Assembly: GCA_016187515.1 (NCBI GenBank)
Contig: JACPJN010000008.1
Coordinates: forward strand, 4,525-68,524
Origin: Candidatus Uhrbacteria bacterium
GTDB lineage: Bacteria > Patescibacteriota > Patescibacteriia > GWA2-47-26
Direction: 5' to 3'
Length of the DNA: 64,000 bases
Below are positions 1 to 9,806 of the stretch, one piece after another; the stretch's first letter is position 1; each line of letters starts with the position of its first letter. A program made the translations under genes and the position numbers. Under the pieces are notes generated by a model. The model did no database searches and was not told where the DNA came from. It saw only the letters and a program-made list of their open reading frames with translations.

Positions 1-588
1 GGATTGAAGCAAGGGCGGTACGGCAGCACCGTTACGGCGAAAACCGCCGGAGAAGTTATCGCGGCCTTAGCAAATTCCAGTTCGCTGGCGCCCAGAGTGA
101 TTCTTTACTCCGGCGACCTTGAAATTCTGGGTCGGGTGGCAATTCCTTCCACTCGCGGCGGAGTAACGGTCTTGGTTGATGGCAATCTATTGTTCGGATC
201 AGCTTCAGAATCAGCGCGCGTTGTCTATGAATCCGGCGTTAATTCCGATCCCCGTAAAATCCCGTCGGTCGCCTGGATCGCGCTTGATCCTAACCTGAAT
301 GATGATCTGGTAGAAGGCAATATTCAGATCGACCCTTCTGTCGGTGAGTTAGTGGGCGCTCTTTTTGCCGCCGATACCATTGCCACCGGCGCGGGAGGAA
401 GACAGCTTCAGGTGCAGGGGCTAATGGTGGCGCGGCGGTTTAGATTTGAGCGGGAATATACTCCTGATCCGGAGGAACCGCAGGGAGCGGAGGTAATTAT
501 TTATGACGGACGCGTGGCGCTCAATCCTCCTCCGGGACTTGCCGATCTGGTGAAAACCTTGCCAACCTCCAATGTGGTCCCGCGCTAG
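1..588 (+). CDS. C-terminal part of a large pilus-associated (PilX-like) protein, 5' end outside the window
   Basis: Frame open from base 1; C-terminus GLMVARRFRFER...AEVIIYDGRVALNPPPGL resembles CPR pilus-cluster proteins; directly upstream of pilM. Confidence 0.6.
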   Translation, partial: GLKQGRYGSTVTAKTAGEVIAALANSSSLAPRVILYSGDLEILGRVAIPSTRGGVTVLVDGNLLFGSASESARVVYESGVNSDPRKIPSVAWIALDPNLNDDLVEGNIQIDPSVGELVGALFAADTIATGAGGRQLQVQGLMVARRFRFEREYTPDPEEPQGAEVIIYDGRVALNPPPGLADLVKTLPTSNVVPR

Positions 589-618
589 TGGATAAGACCT
601 ATTCGACCTATCGGACTT

Positions 619-1707
619 ATGAGCATATTTAAACGAAAACAAAAAGGATACCTGGGGATAGATTTTGGCGCGGGAGGAATTAAGGTTATCCAGCTTGCTC
701 CGGAGGGCGGGCGGGGAAACCTTTTTACCTATGGATTTACCGAACGCCCGCCCGAAGAGATTGGCGGGGACTACTTGGAATCCGCGGAGATTGCCGGCGG
801 TCTTTTAAAGCAGATCTGCGCCAGAGCGCGGACTTCGGTTACCCACGCGGTATCCGCCCTGCCGATCCCCACCGTATTTTCCGCCGTGTTATCCATCGCG
901 GCCGTGCCTAAAAAAGAGCTGCTCAAGGCCGTGGAGTGGGAGGCCAAAAAGCTTATCCCGCTTCCGCTGGAGGAAGTGCGCCTGGACTACAAAGAGCTTA
1001 ATCTAAAAGGCGAAAAGGCGGACCGCGGGGAAGAGCAAGGCGCCCGCGGCGGGTCGGCGGAGTCAATTGCGGTCTTGTTAACCGCGGCGCCGCGGAGTAT
1101 AATAGATAAGTACCTGGCCATTGCCAAAGTTGCCGGGCTGAATCTCGGCTCGCTCGAGACCGAGGCCTTCGCGCTCATCCGCGCCCTTATTGGAAAGGAC
1201 TTATCGCCCGCGGTTATCCTGGATATGGGGGCGCTCCGCTCCAACATTCTGATGGTTGATCGGGGAATTCCGATGTTTACGCGCTCCATAGAAATTGGAG
1301 GAAAACGGTGCACCGAGGCGATCGCGCAGTCCTTGAAGGTGAACCTTGGCCAGGCCGAGGCAATGAAGCGCGATGTAAGCGCGCCGGCGGGAGCGGCCCC
1401 CCCCTCGGATATTCCGCATATTTTGCAAGAGGTGCTTCAGCCGCTCGTGAATGAGATGAAGTATAGTTTTCATGTCTATCGCACGCGAAATGTCATTGCC
1501 CGTCCTCCGGAGCGAATCATTTTAACCGGAGGCGGCGCGCAAATTGCCGGATTTGCGGAGTTTCTTAGCCGAGAGTTCAATATTCGCGCGTTTATCGGCA
1601 ATCCTTGGGAGCGCGTGAATGTGCCTCCGGATTTAGCGCCCCTGCTTCAGGGATTTGGAAGCCGTTTCGCGGTCGCGATCGGACTCGCCTTGCGCAATAT
1701 TATCTAA
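619..1707 (+). CDS. pilM: Type IV pilus assembly protein PilM
   Basis: Actin-like motifs LGIDFG, ILDMGA, IILTGGGA and C-terminal FAVAIGLALR. Confidence 0.93.
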   Translation: MSIFKRKQKGYLGIDFGAGGIKVIQLAPEGGRGNLFTYGFTERPPEEIGGDYLESAEIAGGLLKQICARARTSVTHAVSALPIPTVFSAVLSIAAVPKKELLKAVEWEAKKLIPLPLEEVRLDYKELNLKGEKADRGEEQGARGGSAESIAVLLTAAPRSIIDKYLAIAKVAGLNLGSLETEAFALIRALIGKDLSPAVILDMGALRSNILMVDRGIPMFTRSIEIGGKRCTEAIAQSLKVNLGQAEAMKRDVSAPAGAAPPSDIPHILQEVLQPLVNEMKYSFHVYRTRNVIARPPERIILTGGGAQIAGFAEFLSREFNIRAFIGNPWERVNVPPDLAPLLQGFGSRFAVAIGLALRNII

Positions 1708-1715
1708 CCCTTGAT

Positions 1716-2318
1716 ATGGCCAAAAAAATAAGACCATCCGCGCCGGTGGAGGTTAGCTTACTGCCGGATGATCCGGGTCGGAGAGCGGATCACGGGCGTA
1801 AAAGTTTGGCGTACATACTTTGGCTGGTACTGCTCGCTCTTGTGGCGGGGCTCACGGTAACCGCCGGGTATTTTCGATTCTCCGCGAATAAGATGAGCGA
1901 TAAAAGCGCGGTATTGCTCCGGCAGCTGCGGGATCTGGACCGGCAGATTGGTGAAGCGGAGCGGAAGGTTGGTCCGGTGAAGGATATTGGCCGACGTATT
2001 GGGTTGGCCAAAAGCGCGCTGGCCCAGCACCTTAGCGGTTTTCCATTACTGGAAGCGCTTCAGGCGACCGCGATTCCCGAGGTGGTCGTTAAGCAAATCA
2101 ACGCGGATGCCAAAGGTACGGTAGTGCTCTCCGGCCGCGGTAAGACCGTCAGTACGGTAATTCGGCAAATTTTGGCCTGGAATGGCCACCCGGCGGTTCA
2201 AGATGTGAAAATTTCCGGAATTTCCAATATTCTAAATAACGTGGGAGAGCTGGAAGGGGTGGAGTTCACCGCGACACTGATTTTTGATTCCGCATTATTT
2301 ACAAGCGGTCTAAAATAG
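1716..2318 (+). CDS. PilN-like pilus assembly protein
   Basis: ATG 1716; VSLLP motif (cf. PilN INLLP), one TM helix, coiled coil; follows pilM. Confidence 0.7.
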   Translation: MAKKIRPSAPVEVSLLPDDPGRRADHGRKSLAYILWLVLLALVAGLTVTAGYFRFSANKMSDKSAVLLRQLRDLDRQIGEAERKVGPVKDIGRRIGLAKSALAQHLSGFPLLEALQATAIPEVVVKQINADAKGTVVLSGRGKTVSTVIRQILAWNGHPAVQDVKISGISNILNNVGELEGVEFTATLIFDSALFTSGLK

Positions 2319-2323
2319 CGGGT

Positions 2324-2998
2324 ATGTCAGTTTCATTTTTTTCACGCGTCAGCGCGCTTATCCCGGGGATTTTGGCGGTACTGGTTGGAACCATCGGATT
2401 CAGCGTTTTATTGCGGCCGGGCCTGGATCGTTTTCAGGAGATTCGCGCGGAGCTTAATGGGCGGCAGCGCGATTATCAGGACGCCCGGACGCGTTTTGGC
2501 GAATTAAGTGAAATTGAAAACCGGTTAAAAGCAATCAGCCCGGATGAGCTTAAAAAACTAAAAGCATTTTTCGTGGAAGCGCCGGAAGTTGCGCATCTGC
2601 TTAACGCTTTGGCGGATCGGGCGGCCGCGGCGGGTTTTTTTATCGGATCGCTGGAGGTCGGACGGGCACGGGAGACGGAAATAACGGGCCCGCTTACGGA
2701 TGTCAGCATTCAAGTGCAATTAAAAGGCGGAGGATATCGCGAGCTTAAGCAATTGCTTTATCTGCTCTCTAAAACCGTGCCGCTTCTGGATTTTACCTCT
2801 TTTGCTTTTCAACCCCAAAACGCGCTAGTCAGTTTGAATCTCAAAGCCCGGGCGGTCGTGAAAGCCGATACTCCGAGCGCGGTTCCGCTGGATGTGAGTT
2901 TTTTCACTGATCCGAATTTTCAGGCGCTTTCCGCTCCGGTGGATCTGCCGGCGCTCGAGGCGGTTGGCCGAGAAAATCCGTTCGCGCCCTTAGAGTGA
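2324..2998 (+). CDS. PilO-like pilus assembly protein
   Basis: N-terminal TM, coiled coil, C-terminal GRENPF motif; order M-N-O. Confidence 0.7.
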   Translation: MSVSFFSRVSALIPGILAVLVGTIGFSVLLRPGLDRFQEIRAELNGRQRDYQDARTRFGELSEIENRLKAISPDELKKLKAFFVEAPEVAHLLNALADRAAAAGFFIGSLEVGRARETEITGPLTDVSIQVQLKGGGYRELKQLLYLLSKTVPLLDFTSFAFQPQNALVSLNLKARAVVKADTPSAVPLDVSFFTDPNFQALSAPVDLPALEAVGRENPFAPLE

Positions 2999-3059
2999 CT
3001 GTTGCCGATGGAGTAGTTTGACTCCGGGATTGGTCGGAAAATGAAACCACCACCGCAGT

Positions 3060-4802
3060 ATGCAATCGTTGGTACAGGTACAAAACGAATTTCTGAAATT
3101 TTTGGTTAGCCAGGGCCTCCTCTCTAATGAAAGCGCCCGGGAGGTTGAGCAGCACGCGAGCGCCGAAGGGGTTGCGGCTGATCAGCTGCTGGTCCGCGAG
3201 AAAATTATTTCCGAGGAGGAATTAACCAAGCGGAAGGCCGTTTTTTTCGGTATTCCGTACGCTGATCTAACCGGCCAGCGCGTTGATCCGCGAGTCCTAA
3301 AGATTATCCCCAAGCATGTCGCGGAGAACTATCACGTCGTCGCTTTCGGAAGGGATGCCGGCGAACTTAAAGTGGCAATTGCAGACCCGCGTAATTTTCA
3401 AGCGATGGCCGCGCTTGATGTGCTGGCCTCCAAGGTGAACCTGCGCTTGCGGTATTATGCCGCGTCACCCTCTAGTTTTGATTCCGCGTTTAAGGGCTAC
3501 GCGGAACTCAAAGGCGAAGTGGAGGAAGCCGCGGAAGTCGCCCGAAAAGAGCTGGAACCGACCGGCAAAAAGGACGCCGCGCCGGTAGCGGAGGTGATTA
3601 AAGGAGCGCCGGTTTCCCGCATCGTATCCGTTATTATGCGGCATGCCTATGAAGGGCACGCTTCCGATATTCACATCGAACTTCATCAAGGAACCTCGCG
3701 CGTGCGCTATCGGATTGACGGAGTATTGCGGACTACCCTGACCTTGCCGGAGGCGCTTCACTCTTCCATCATCGCGCGCGTTAAAGTGCTCGCCAATTTA
3801 AAACTCGACGAAACGCGGGTTCCCCAAGACGGCCGGATTACCGAGACGATTGGAGATAGACCCATTGATTTCCGCGTCTCCACTTTGCCGCTCCAGGAGG
3901 GGGTGGAAAAAGTAGTGCTCCGGATTCTTTCCACCGAAAGCGCGCCAACGCTGGCCGATCTCGGATTCAATGCCGAGCATATAAAAATTATTGAGAGTAA
4001 TATAAAAAAGCCGCACGGCCTGATCCTGATTTCCGGTCCAACCGGCGCGGGTAAGTCCACCACCCTGTACGCGATATTGACTTTGCTCAATCGCGAAGGG
4101 ATTAATATCGTGACCCTGGAAGACCCGATCGAATACTTCATTGAAGGGATTAATCAGTCGCAGATTCGTCCGGAGGTTGGCTATACTTTCGCCACCGGGC
4201 TGCGTTCAATCTTGCGCCAAGACCCCAATGTGATTATGGTCGGGGAGATTCGCGACGGAGAAACTGCCGAACTTGGCGTGCATGCCGGACTAACCGGACA
4301 CCTGCTGCTGACAACCATTCATACCAATGACGTGCTGGGCGTTATCCCGCGGCTTATTGATCTGAAAGTCGAACCGTTTTTGCTGGCCGCGACATTTATG
4401 CTGGGTATTGCCCAGCGCCTGGCCCGGAAGATCTGTCCGGATTGCAAGGAAACCGCGAAAATCCCCGATAGTTTGGCGGCCGCCATGCGGGACGAGCTGA
4501 AGAAAATTCCGAAGCGTTATCTTACGGACAATATCAATAGCGGCGCGCCCTTGACATTTTATCGCGGCCGGGGATGCCCAAAGTGTGGTACAATGGGTTA
4601 TCGGGGACGCGTGGCCGTCTCGGAAGTCCTGCAGGTAACGCCCGCCTTGTCGCAGCTAATCGCGGACGGTTTTAAAATGGGCGATGAAGTAACCCGCGAA
4701 TTATCCGCGCAAGAAATGATTAGCATGAAACAAGACGCCCTGCTAAAAGCGCTTCAAGGACTGACCACGATTGAGGAAGTTCTGCGCGTGAGTAAAGAAT
4801 GA
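3060..4802 (+). CDS. pilB: Type IV pilus assembly ATPase PilB/GspE
   Basis: ASDIHIE, Walker A GPTGAGKST, TLEDPIE, LRQDPNVIMVGEIRD, CxxC zinc motifs. Confidence 0.95.
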   Translation: MQSLVQVQNEFLKFLVSQGLLSNESAREVEQHASAEGVAADQLLVREKIISEEELTKRKAVFFGIPYADLTGQRVDPRVLKIIPKHVAENYHVVAFGRDAGELKVAIADPRNFQAMAALDVLASKVNLRLRYYAASPSSFDSAFKGYAELKGEVEEAAEVARKELEPTGKKDAAPVAEVIKGAPVSRIVSVIMRHAYEGHASDIHIELHQGTSRVRYRIDGVLRTTLTLPEALHSSIIARVKVLANLKLDETRVPQDGRITETIGDRPIDFRVSTLPLQEGVEKVVLRILSTESAPTLADLGFNAEHIKIIESNIKKPHGLILISGPTGAGKSTTLYAILTLLNREGINIVTLEDPIEYFIEGINQSQIRPEVGYTFATGLRSILRQDPNVIMVGEIRDGETAELGVHAGLTGHLLLTTIHTNDVLGVIPRLIDLKVEPFLLAATFMLGIAQRLARKICPDCKETAKIPDSLAAAMRDELKKIPKRYLTDNINSGAPLTFYRGRGCPKCGTMGYRGRVAVSEVLQVTPALSQLIADGFKMGDEVTRELSAQEMISMKQDALLKALQGLTTIEEVLRVSKE

Positions 4803-4831
4803 TAAAGTAATAAAATAATAAAACTAATCGT

Positions 4832-5218
4832 ATGCCGCAATCGAAAAAGACCAAAATTCTAATTGTGGAGGATGATACCTTTCTCGCGGGCATTTACGCG
4901 AATAAATTTGAGAAGGAAGGATTTGAAGTGTCGCTGGCAACGGATGGCGAGGCGGGACTGAAGGCCGCCGGCAAAGAAAAACCCGACATCGTTCTGCTGG
5001 ATATTTTACTTCCCAAGCTGGACGGTTTTGAAGTGCTGGAAAAGTTAAAGGCGGATACGGGACTGCGCGCGATACCGGTAATCTTGCTCACTAATCTTGG
5101 ACAGAAAGAGGATGTTGATAAAGGACTGAAATTGGGCGCGGCCGACTACCTGATCAAGGCGCATTTCATGCCTTCGGAGACCGTAGATAAGGTGAAAAAG
5201 GTCTTGAGCGCGACATGA
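4832..5218 (+). CDS. Single-domain response regulator receiver
   Basis: ILIVEDD, LLDILLP, DGFEVL, GAADYLIK. Confidence 0.92.
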   Translation: MPQSKKTKILIVEDDTFLAGIYANKFEKEGFEVSLATDGEAGLKAAGKEKPDIVLLDILLPKLDGFEVLEKLKADTGLRAIPVILLTNLGQKEDVDKGLKLGAADYLIKAHFMPSETVDKVKKVLSAT

Positions 5219-5232
5219 TCCGTTTTTAAATT

Positions 5233-6432
5233 ATGGCCGCCTTTAAGTATCGCGCCCGCAGCAAAGCGGGCAAGGTAATTGTCGGAAGGATTGACGCGCC
5301 CAGTATTCAGTTCGCGGAGGATACGCTTTCCGAGCGAGGGCTTCAGGTCATTCTTCTGGAGGAGACGCGCGAGCGCTTTACGATTTCATGGCTCCACGGC
5401 CGGGTTACCGCGCGTGAACTCGTTATTCTTTTTCGTCAGCTTTCCACGCTTTCCGGCGCGAACGTGCCGCTGGTGCAGTCCTTGCGGACGATTGTCGCGC
5501 AGACGACCAATCACGAGCTCAAACGCGTCCTGGCGCTTGTCGCTGACGACGTAGAGGGCGGAGCGCGGCTTTCTTTCGCGTGCGCGAAGCATCCGCGGAT
5601 CTTCACCAATTTTTTTGTAAGCATGCTGAAGTCCGGGGAAACCGCCGGCCGGCTCGCGGAGGTTCTGGAGTACCTTGCCAATCAAACCGAGAAAGAATAT
5701 GATTTGGTTTCCAAAGTGCGCGGGGCGCTGATCTACCCGGCGTTTATTGTTTTTGGAATGCTGGCGGTGGGCGTCGTGCTTTTGGTTTTTGTCATTCCCC
5801 AGCTTACCCAGGTCCTTATTGAATCCGGGGCTGAACTCCCCCTGACGACCCGGATGCTCATCACCAGTTCGGATTTCATGCGGAGCTTTTGGTGGCTGAT
5901 TCTGATTTTTATTGTGGCCGCCTTCGGCGCGTTCCGCTGGGGTTTGCGTTTTAGCGATTTTCGATTGCGGGTGGATACCTGGAAACTGCGGATGCCGATC
6001 CTGGGCACCCTGTTGCAGAAAATTTATTTGGCCAGGATTACGCGGAGTTTGCAGATCCTTATTTCCGGGGGAGTTGACGCGGTGGGGGCGCTCGAGGTGA
6101 CTTCCGACGTAGTGGGAAATAAATATTATGAGGAATTATTGCGGGAAACCAAGCGCGAAGTCGCGGATGGCAGTCCAATGACCACAGTACTCCAGCAAAG
6201 CCCGCTGGTTCCCGGAATGGTTTCCCAGATGCTTACGGTTGGCGAAGAAACCGGACAATTTACCGCCATTTTAGATAAACTGACCGGATTTTATACGCGG
6301 GAGGTTGATAATGCCGTAACCACCCTGGTTTCCGTGATCGAACCGCTGCTCATGGTTGTTATTGGGATTGGAGTGGGACTCGTGGTGGCCTCGATTATTT
6401 TGCCAATGTATCGGCTGGCGGGACAATTTTAA
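5233..6432 (+). CDS. pilC: Type IV pilus platform protein PilC/GspF
   Basis: FRQLSTL, GETAGRL, ALIYP, GEETGQ, IEPLLMV, ILPMY. Confidence 0.95.
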   Translation: MAAFKYRARSKAGKVIVGRIDAPSIQFAEDTLSERGLQVILLEETRERFTISWLHGRVTARELVILFRQLSTLSGANVPLVQSLRTIVAQTTNHELKRVLALVADDVEGGARLSFACAKHPRIFTNFFVSMLKSGETAGRLAEVLEYLANQTEKEYDLVSKVRGALIYPAFIVFGMLAVGVVLLVFVIPQLTQVLIESGAELPLTTRMLITSSDFMRSFWWLILIFIVAAFGAFRWGLRFSDFRLRVDTWKLRMPILGTLLQKIYLARITRSLQILISGGVDAVGALEVTSDVVGNKYYEELLRETKREVADGSPMTTVLQQSPLVPGMVSQMLTVGEETGQFTAILDKLTGFYTREVDNAVTTLVSVIEPLLMVVIGIGVGLVVASIILPMYRLAGQF

Positions 6433-6447
6433 GCGTGGTATACTAGT

Positions 6448-6535
6448 CCTATGTGGATAAGTGACCCCGATCGCGATCGGGGTCATCCTGAGGAGTCCCG
6501 ACCAAGTCGGGACGACGAAGGATCTCGCGCCTATG
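6448..6535. repeat. REP-like composite hairpin between a -10 element and the pilin start, flanked by CCTATG direct repeats
   Basis: GACCCCGATCGCGATCGGGGTC palindrome, then GTCATCCTGAG..[GTCCCGACCAAGTCGGGAC]..CGAAGGATCTC; CCTATG at 6448-6453 and 6530-6535. Confidence 0.75.
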
Positions 6536-6976
6536 AAGAAGAAGGGTTTTACCCTAATTGAGCTTTTAGTGGTCATCGCGATTATCGGAATACTCGCGGT
6601 AGTCAGCGCCGTATCGCTTAATCAGGCGCGCCGGCGCGCGCGGGATACCAAACGCGTCGCGGATATACAGCAGCTGCGCAATGCCATGCTGTTATATTCA
6701 AATTCGCGCGCGGATTATCCGGCCGGGAGCGGGGTTAACCTTGGCGAGGGAAACGCGCGCTGTCTTGATGATGACGGCTTGCACGACAATTGCGCTCCGG
6801 GCGGCCTGCTCATTATGGAGCGCGTGCCGGGCGAGGCGACAAACGGCCACCCCGAATATGTCTATACGAGGGTCGATGCCAATGAGTATCAGATTACGTT
6901 TCAATTGGAAGGGCCGATCGGCGATTTAGCCGGCGGGAATTGTACCGCCGATTCAGAGGCGATTACCTGTACTTAG
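6533..6976 (+). CDS. Type IV pilin
   Basis: MKKKG|FTLIELLVVIAIIGIL class III signal; ARDTKRVADI. Confidence 0.92.
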   Translation: MKKKGFTLIELLVVIAIIGILAVVSAVSLNQARRRARDTKRVADIQQLRNAMLLYSNSRADYPAGSGVNLGEGNARCLDDDGLHDNCAPGGLLIMERVPGEATNGHPEYVYTRVDANEYQITFQLEGPIGDLAGGNCTADSEAITCT

Positions 6977-7011
6977 GCCTCGTCCTTAAGCAAAAGAAAG
7001 GGGGTGAGACA

Positions 7012-7536
7012 ATGACAATAAGAATGAAAAATGCAAAATTGAAAATGCAAAATAGGCGGGGCTTCACCCTCATTGAACTTTTGGTAGTGATCGCGATTAT
7101 CGGAATACTCTCGACGCTGGCCGTTGTCTCACTTGGCAATGCTCGAGTACGCGCTCGAGATTCTAAGCGAGTGGCGGATATTCGCAATACCCAGACCGCG
7201 CTGGAGATCTACTACACCGACCGGACTGCCTATCCGGCGGCAGCTACCTCTGGCGCATGCGTGCCGGGAACTACGCTGGAAGGCTGCTGTCTGGAGAATG
7301 CGGCAACTGGCGGCGGATGGCTCGCGACCTGCACCAGCGCCAACCGTTTGATCACCGTGCCCAATGACCCGCGAAACGGGACCGGGACCACGGATGACTA
7401 TCTTTATCAGCAAAGCGGGAGCAATTACTCAATCACCTTTAACCTGGAGAGCGGCGCGGGGGATTTGAGCAGCGGAGCGAATTGCGCGCGGCCGTCTGGA
7501 ATTTCTGCAGTCGGTACAGGTACATGCGCGCCATAG
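7012..7536 (+). CDS. Type IV pilin, probably the major pilin
   Basis: G|FTLIELLVVIAIIGILS, ARDSKRVADI; strong SD (AAGGGGGTGA) upstream and terminator downstream. Confidence 0.92.
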   Translation: MTIRMKNAKLKMQNRRGFTLIELLVVIAIIGILSTLAVVSLGNARVRARDSKRVADIRNTQTALEIYYTDRTAYPAAATSGACVPGTTLEGCCLENAATGGGWLATCTSANRLITVPNDPRNGTGTTDDYLYQQSGSNYSITFNLESGAGDLSSGANCARPSGISAVGTGTCAP

Positions 7537-7563
7537 GGCCGATCCAGACGTAGTAAGGAAGCG

Positions 7564-7592
7564 AAGGCTGCCTCATGAAGAGGCAGCCTTTT
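7564..7592 (+). terminator. Intrinsic terminator after pilin
   Basis: AAGGCTGCCTC-atgaa-GAGGCAGCCTT followed by T-rich tail. Confidence 0.8.
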
Positions 7593-7617
7593 GCGTTTTG
7601 TGATACAATAGTGGACT

Positions 7618-8487
7618 ATGACGGCAATCATTTTTGTCCTTGGTTTGGCTGTGGGTAGTTTTTTAAATGCTTATATTTGGCGTTTACACGCAATGACGGA
7701 TAGCCGCGGATTAAGTGGACAGCTAGCCGCGGATCACCGATTACCACGAATTTGGGAAGGACGATCAATGTGCCCCAAGTGCCGCAAGACCTTGCGCTGG
7801 TTGGAGTTAATTCCGCTGGTCTCATTTATTATCCAACTCGGCCGCTGCCGGGGGTGCAAGGCTCGTATTGATATCCAATATCCACTTGTTGAACTAGCGA
7901 CTGGTATTTTGTTCGTACTAAGTGTTTGGAATTTGTCCTCCCACGGCGGACCCGCCTCGGGCGGGGAAATTGGGATTTGGGATTTGTTTCGGATTTCGGA
8001 TTTCGGATTTCGGATTTTACCACAGTGGTACTTATTGGCCGTACTGGTCATTCTGTTCGTCTACGATCTTCGCTTTGGGTTGGTTCCGGACCGTGTCGTA
8101 TTGCCGGCAATCCTGATCGCCTTTCTGTATGGCATGATTCGTCCGGGTCAGATAAATCAATTATCCATGATTCATAATTCATTATTCATGATTCTGGCAA
8201 CCACGGTTGGCGCCGGCTTTTTCGCGCTTCAATACTATCTTTCCAAAGGCCGCTGGCTTGGCGCCGGCGACATCCGCATCGGCGCGCTGATGGGAGCGAT
8301 GCTGGGTTTTCCGCTGATTTTTGAAGGGCTGGCAGTGTCGTATTTTATAGGCGGCGCGGTGGGAATCGGATTGCTGGCGGCGGGACGAAAGCGGTTTGGG
8401 GAGACCCTGCCCTTGGGAACATTTTTAACCGTCGGCGCCGCGATCGCGTTTTTGTATGGTCAGGAGCTTTGGAACTGGTATTTTTGA
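7618..8487 (+). CDS. pilD: Prepilin peptidase PilD with repeat-derived in-frame segments
   Basis: GSFLN, RSMCPKC, GRCRGC, YPLVEL, YDLR, LGAGD, LPLGTFL. Confidence 0.93.
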   Translation: MTAIIFVLGLAVGSFLNAYIWRLHAMTDSRGLSGQLAADHRLPRIWEGRSMCPKCRKTLRWLELIPLVSFIIQLGRCRGCKARIDIQYPLVELATGILFVLSVWNLSSHGGPASGGEIGIWDLFRISDFGFRILPQWYLLAVLVILFVYDLRFGLVPDRVVLPAILIAFLYGMIRPGQINQLSMIHNSLFMILATTVGAGFFALQYYLSKGRWLGAGDIRIGALMGAMLGFPLIFEGLAVSYFIGGAVGIGLLAAGRKRFGETLPLGTFLTVGAAIAFLYGQELWNWYF

Positions 8488-8491
8488 TAAT

Positions 8492-9223
8492 ATGAGTACG
8501 AATTGCGAATCTCGCGCAAATACTACTAATTCGAGTGATCGATATATTCGTAATATTCGCAACTCATTCGTTGATTCGTACACAGAGCGCGGAGCGCGAG
8601 GTTTTACGCTTATTGAGCTCTTGGTGGTGATTGCGATTTTTGGCATCGTGACAACCGCCGTGGTCGCTAATTTAAAAATCGGCGAGCAGGGAAGCGAGTT
8701 GCGCCTTTCCGCGCAGGCCCTGGTCAGCCAGCTTCGAGAAATGCAAACCATGGCGCAGACCGGTAAAACGGTTAAAATGTGCGCCGGGCAGGGCGCGGTT
8801 GGGTCCCCGGGATATTGCGAGGATAGGCAGGCCGGCGGCCTTTGCGAAAATACAAATATCCAGTGCGATTGCAGCTGTGTTGATCAAGTCCCGCCCGGCG
8901 GCTATGGTCTGCGCATTGATCGTACGGCCGTTACGGCTTTTGTGGATATCAATCGCTCCCATGTTTATGAGGAAGGAGAGGAATTTACCGGTGTGGACTT
9001 TGAACTTCCGCGGCGGATCGCGGTTTCCGAACTTATTCCCGCGGCTCCTCTGGATATTGTCTTTACTCCGCCCGCCGGATCCGTCTGGATTAACGGGTGC
9101 GATTCGGGAATTGCCGAAAATGACTGTCCTCCTGCCGCGCGGGTTACTTTAGGGCACGCGCGGCTCCCGCAAGTCCGGACCGTTACGATTTACCGCGTGA
9201 GCGGAAGAATCGAGTCGGAATAA
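8492..9223 (+). CDS. Minor pilin (FimT/GspH-like) with long hairpin-derived leader
   Basis: G|FTLIELLVVIAIFGI; ATG 8492; leader DNA 8496-8581 is an imperfect inverted repeat. Confidence 0.85.
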   Translation: MSTNCESRANTTNSSDRYIRNIRNSFVDSYTERGARGFTLIELLVVIAIFGIVTTAVVANLKIGEQGSELRLSAQALVSQLREMQTMAQTGKTVKMCAGQGAVGSPGYCEDRQAGGLCENTNIQCDCSCVDQVPPGGYGLRIDRTAVTAFVDINRSHVYEEGEEFTGVDFELPRRIAVSELIPAAPLDIVFTPPAGSVWINGCDSGIAENDCPPAARVTLGHARLPQVRTVTIYRVSGRIESE

Positions 9224-9239
9224 TTTTTTACGAAAATTT

Positions 9240-9806
9240 ATGCTCTCCCACGCGCGCGGCCAAGGCCTTCTGGAAACGGTTGTCGCGATCGGAATTATTA
9301 CGACCGGTCTGTTTTCGGTTATTACCCTGGTCATTTCCAATCTGACTACCCAGCGTGAAGCCGCGTTTCGCTATCAGGCCATGAATTTCGCGCGCGAGGG
9401 GGTTGAACTTGCGCGCAACATTCGCGACTCCAATTGGTTGACGGGGCAAGATGACGTGTGGGCCGGTCTGCCGGCGGGTCAGTTAATTCCGCAGTTTGCT
9501 ATTGGAGAGGCGGAAATTAGGTTTGAACCGGCGCAGACGGGATCCCGGATTATTTATCAATGCGAGGACGGCTCCTACGCGCAGGGCCGCGCCAGCTGTA
9601 CCGCACCCACGCCTTTTTCGCGCACTGTCACGCTCGATATCTTGCCTTGCGGCGAGGAGGAGACCGTCCCCTGCGAGGGGCTGGAGGGGCTTCCAAGCGA
9701 GCGGCGGGCGCGAATCGCGATGCGGGTAACTGTCGAGGTGGCGTGGATAGACCAGGAGCGGCCGCGGAGCGTCGAATTAAGTCAGCTGTTATATGACTGG
9801 CGTTAG
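9240..9806 (+). CDS. Minor pilin (PilV-like)
   Basis: RGQGLLETVVAIGII; AREGVELARNIRDSNWL. Confidence 0.85.
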   Translation: MLSHARGQGLLETVVAIGIITTGLFSVITLVISNLTTQREAAFRYQAMNFAREGVELARNIRDSNWLTGQDDVWAGLPAGQLIPQFAIGEAEIRFEPAQTGSRIIYQCEDGSYAQGRASCTAPTPFSRTVTLDILPCGEEETVPCEGLEGLPSERRARIAMRVTVEVAWIDQERPRSVELSQLLYDWR

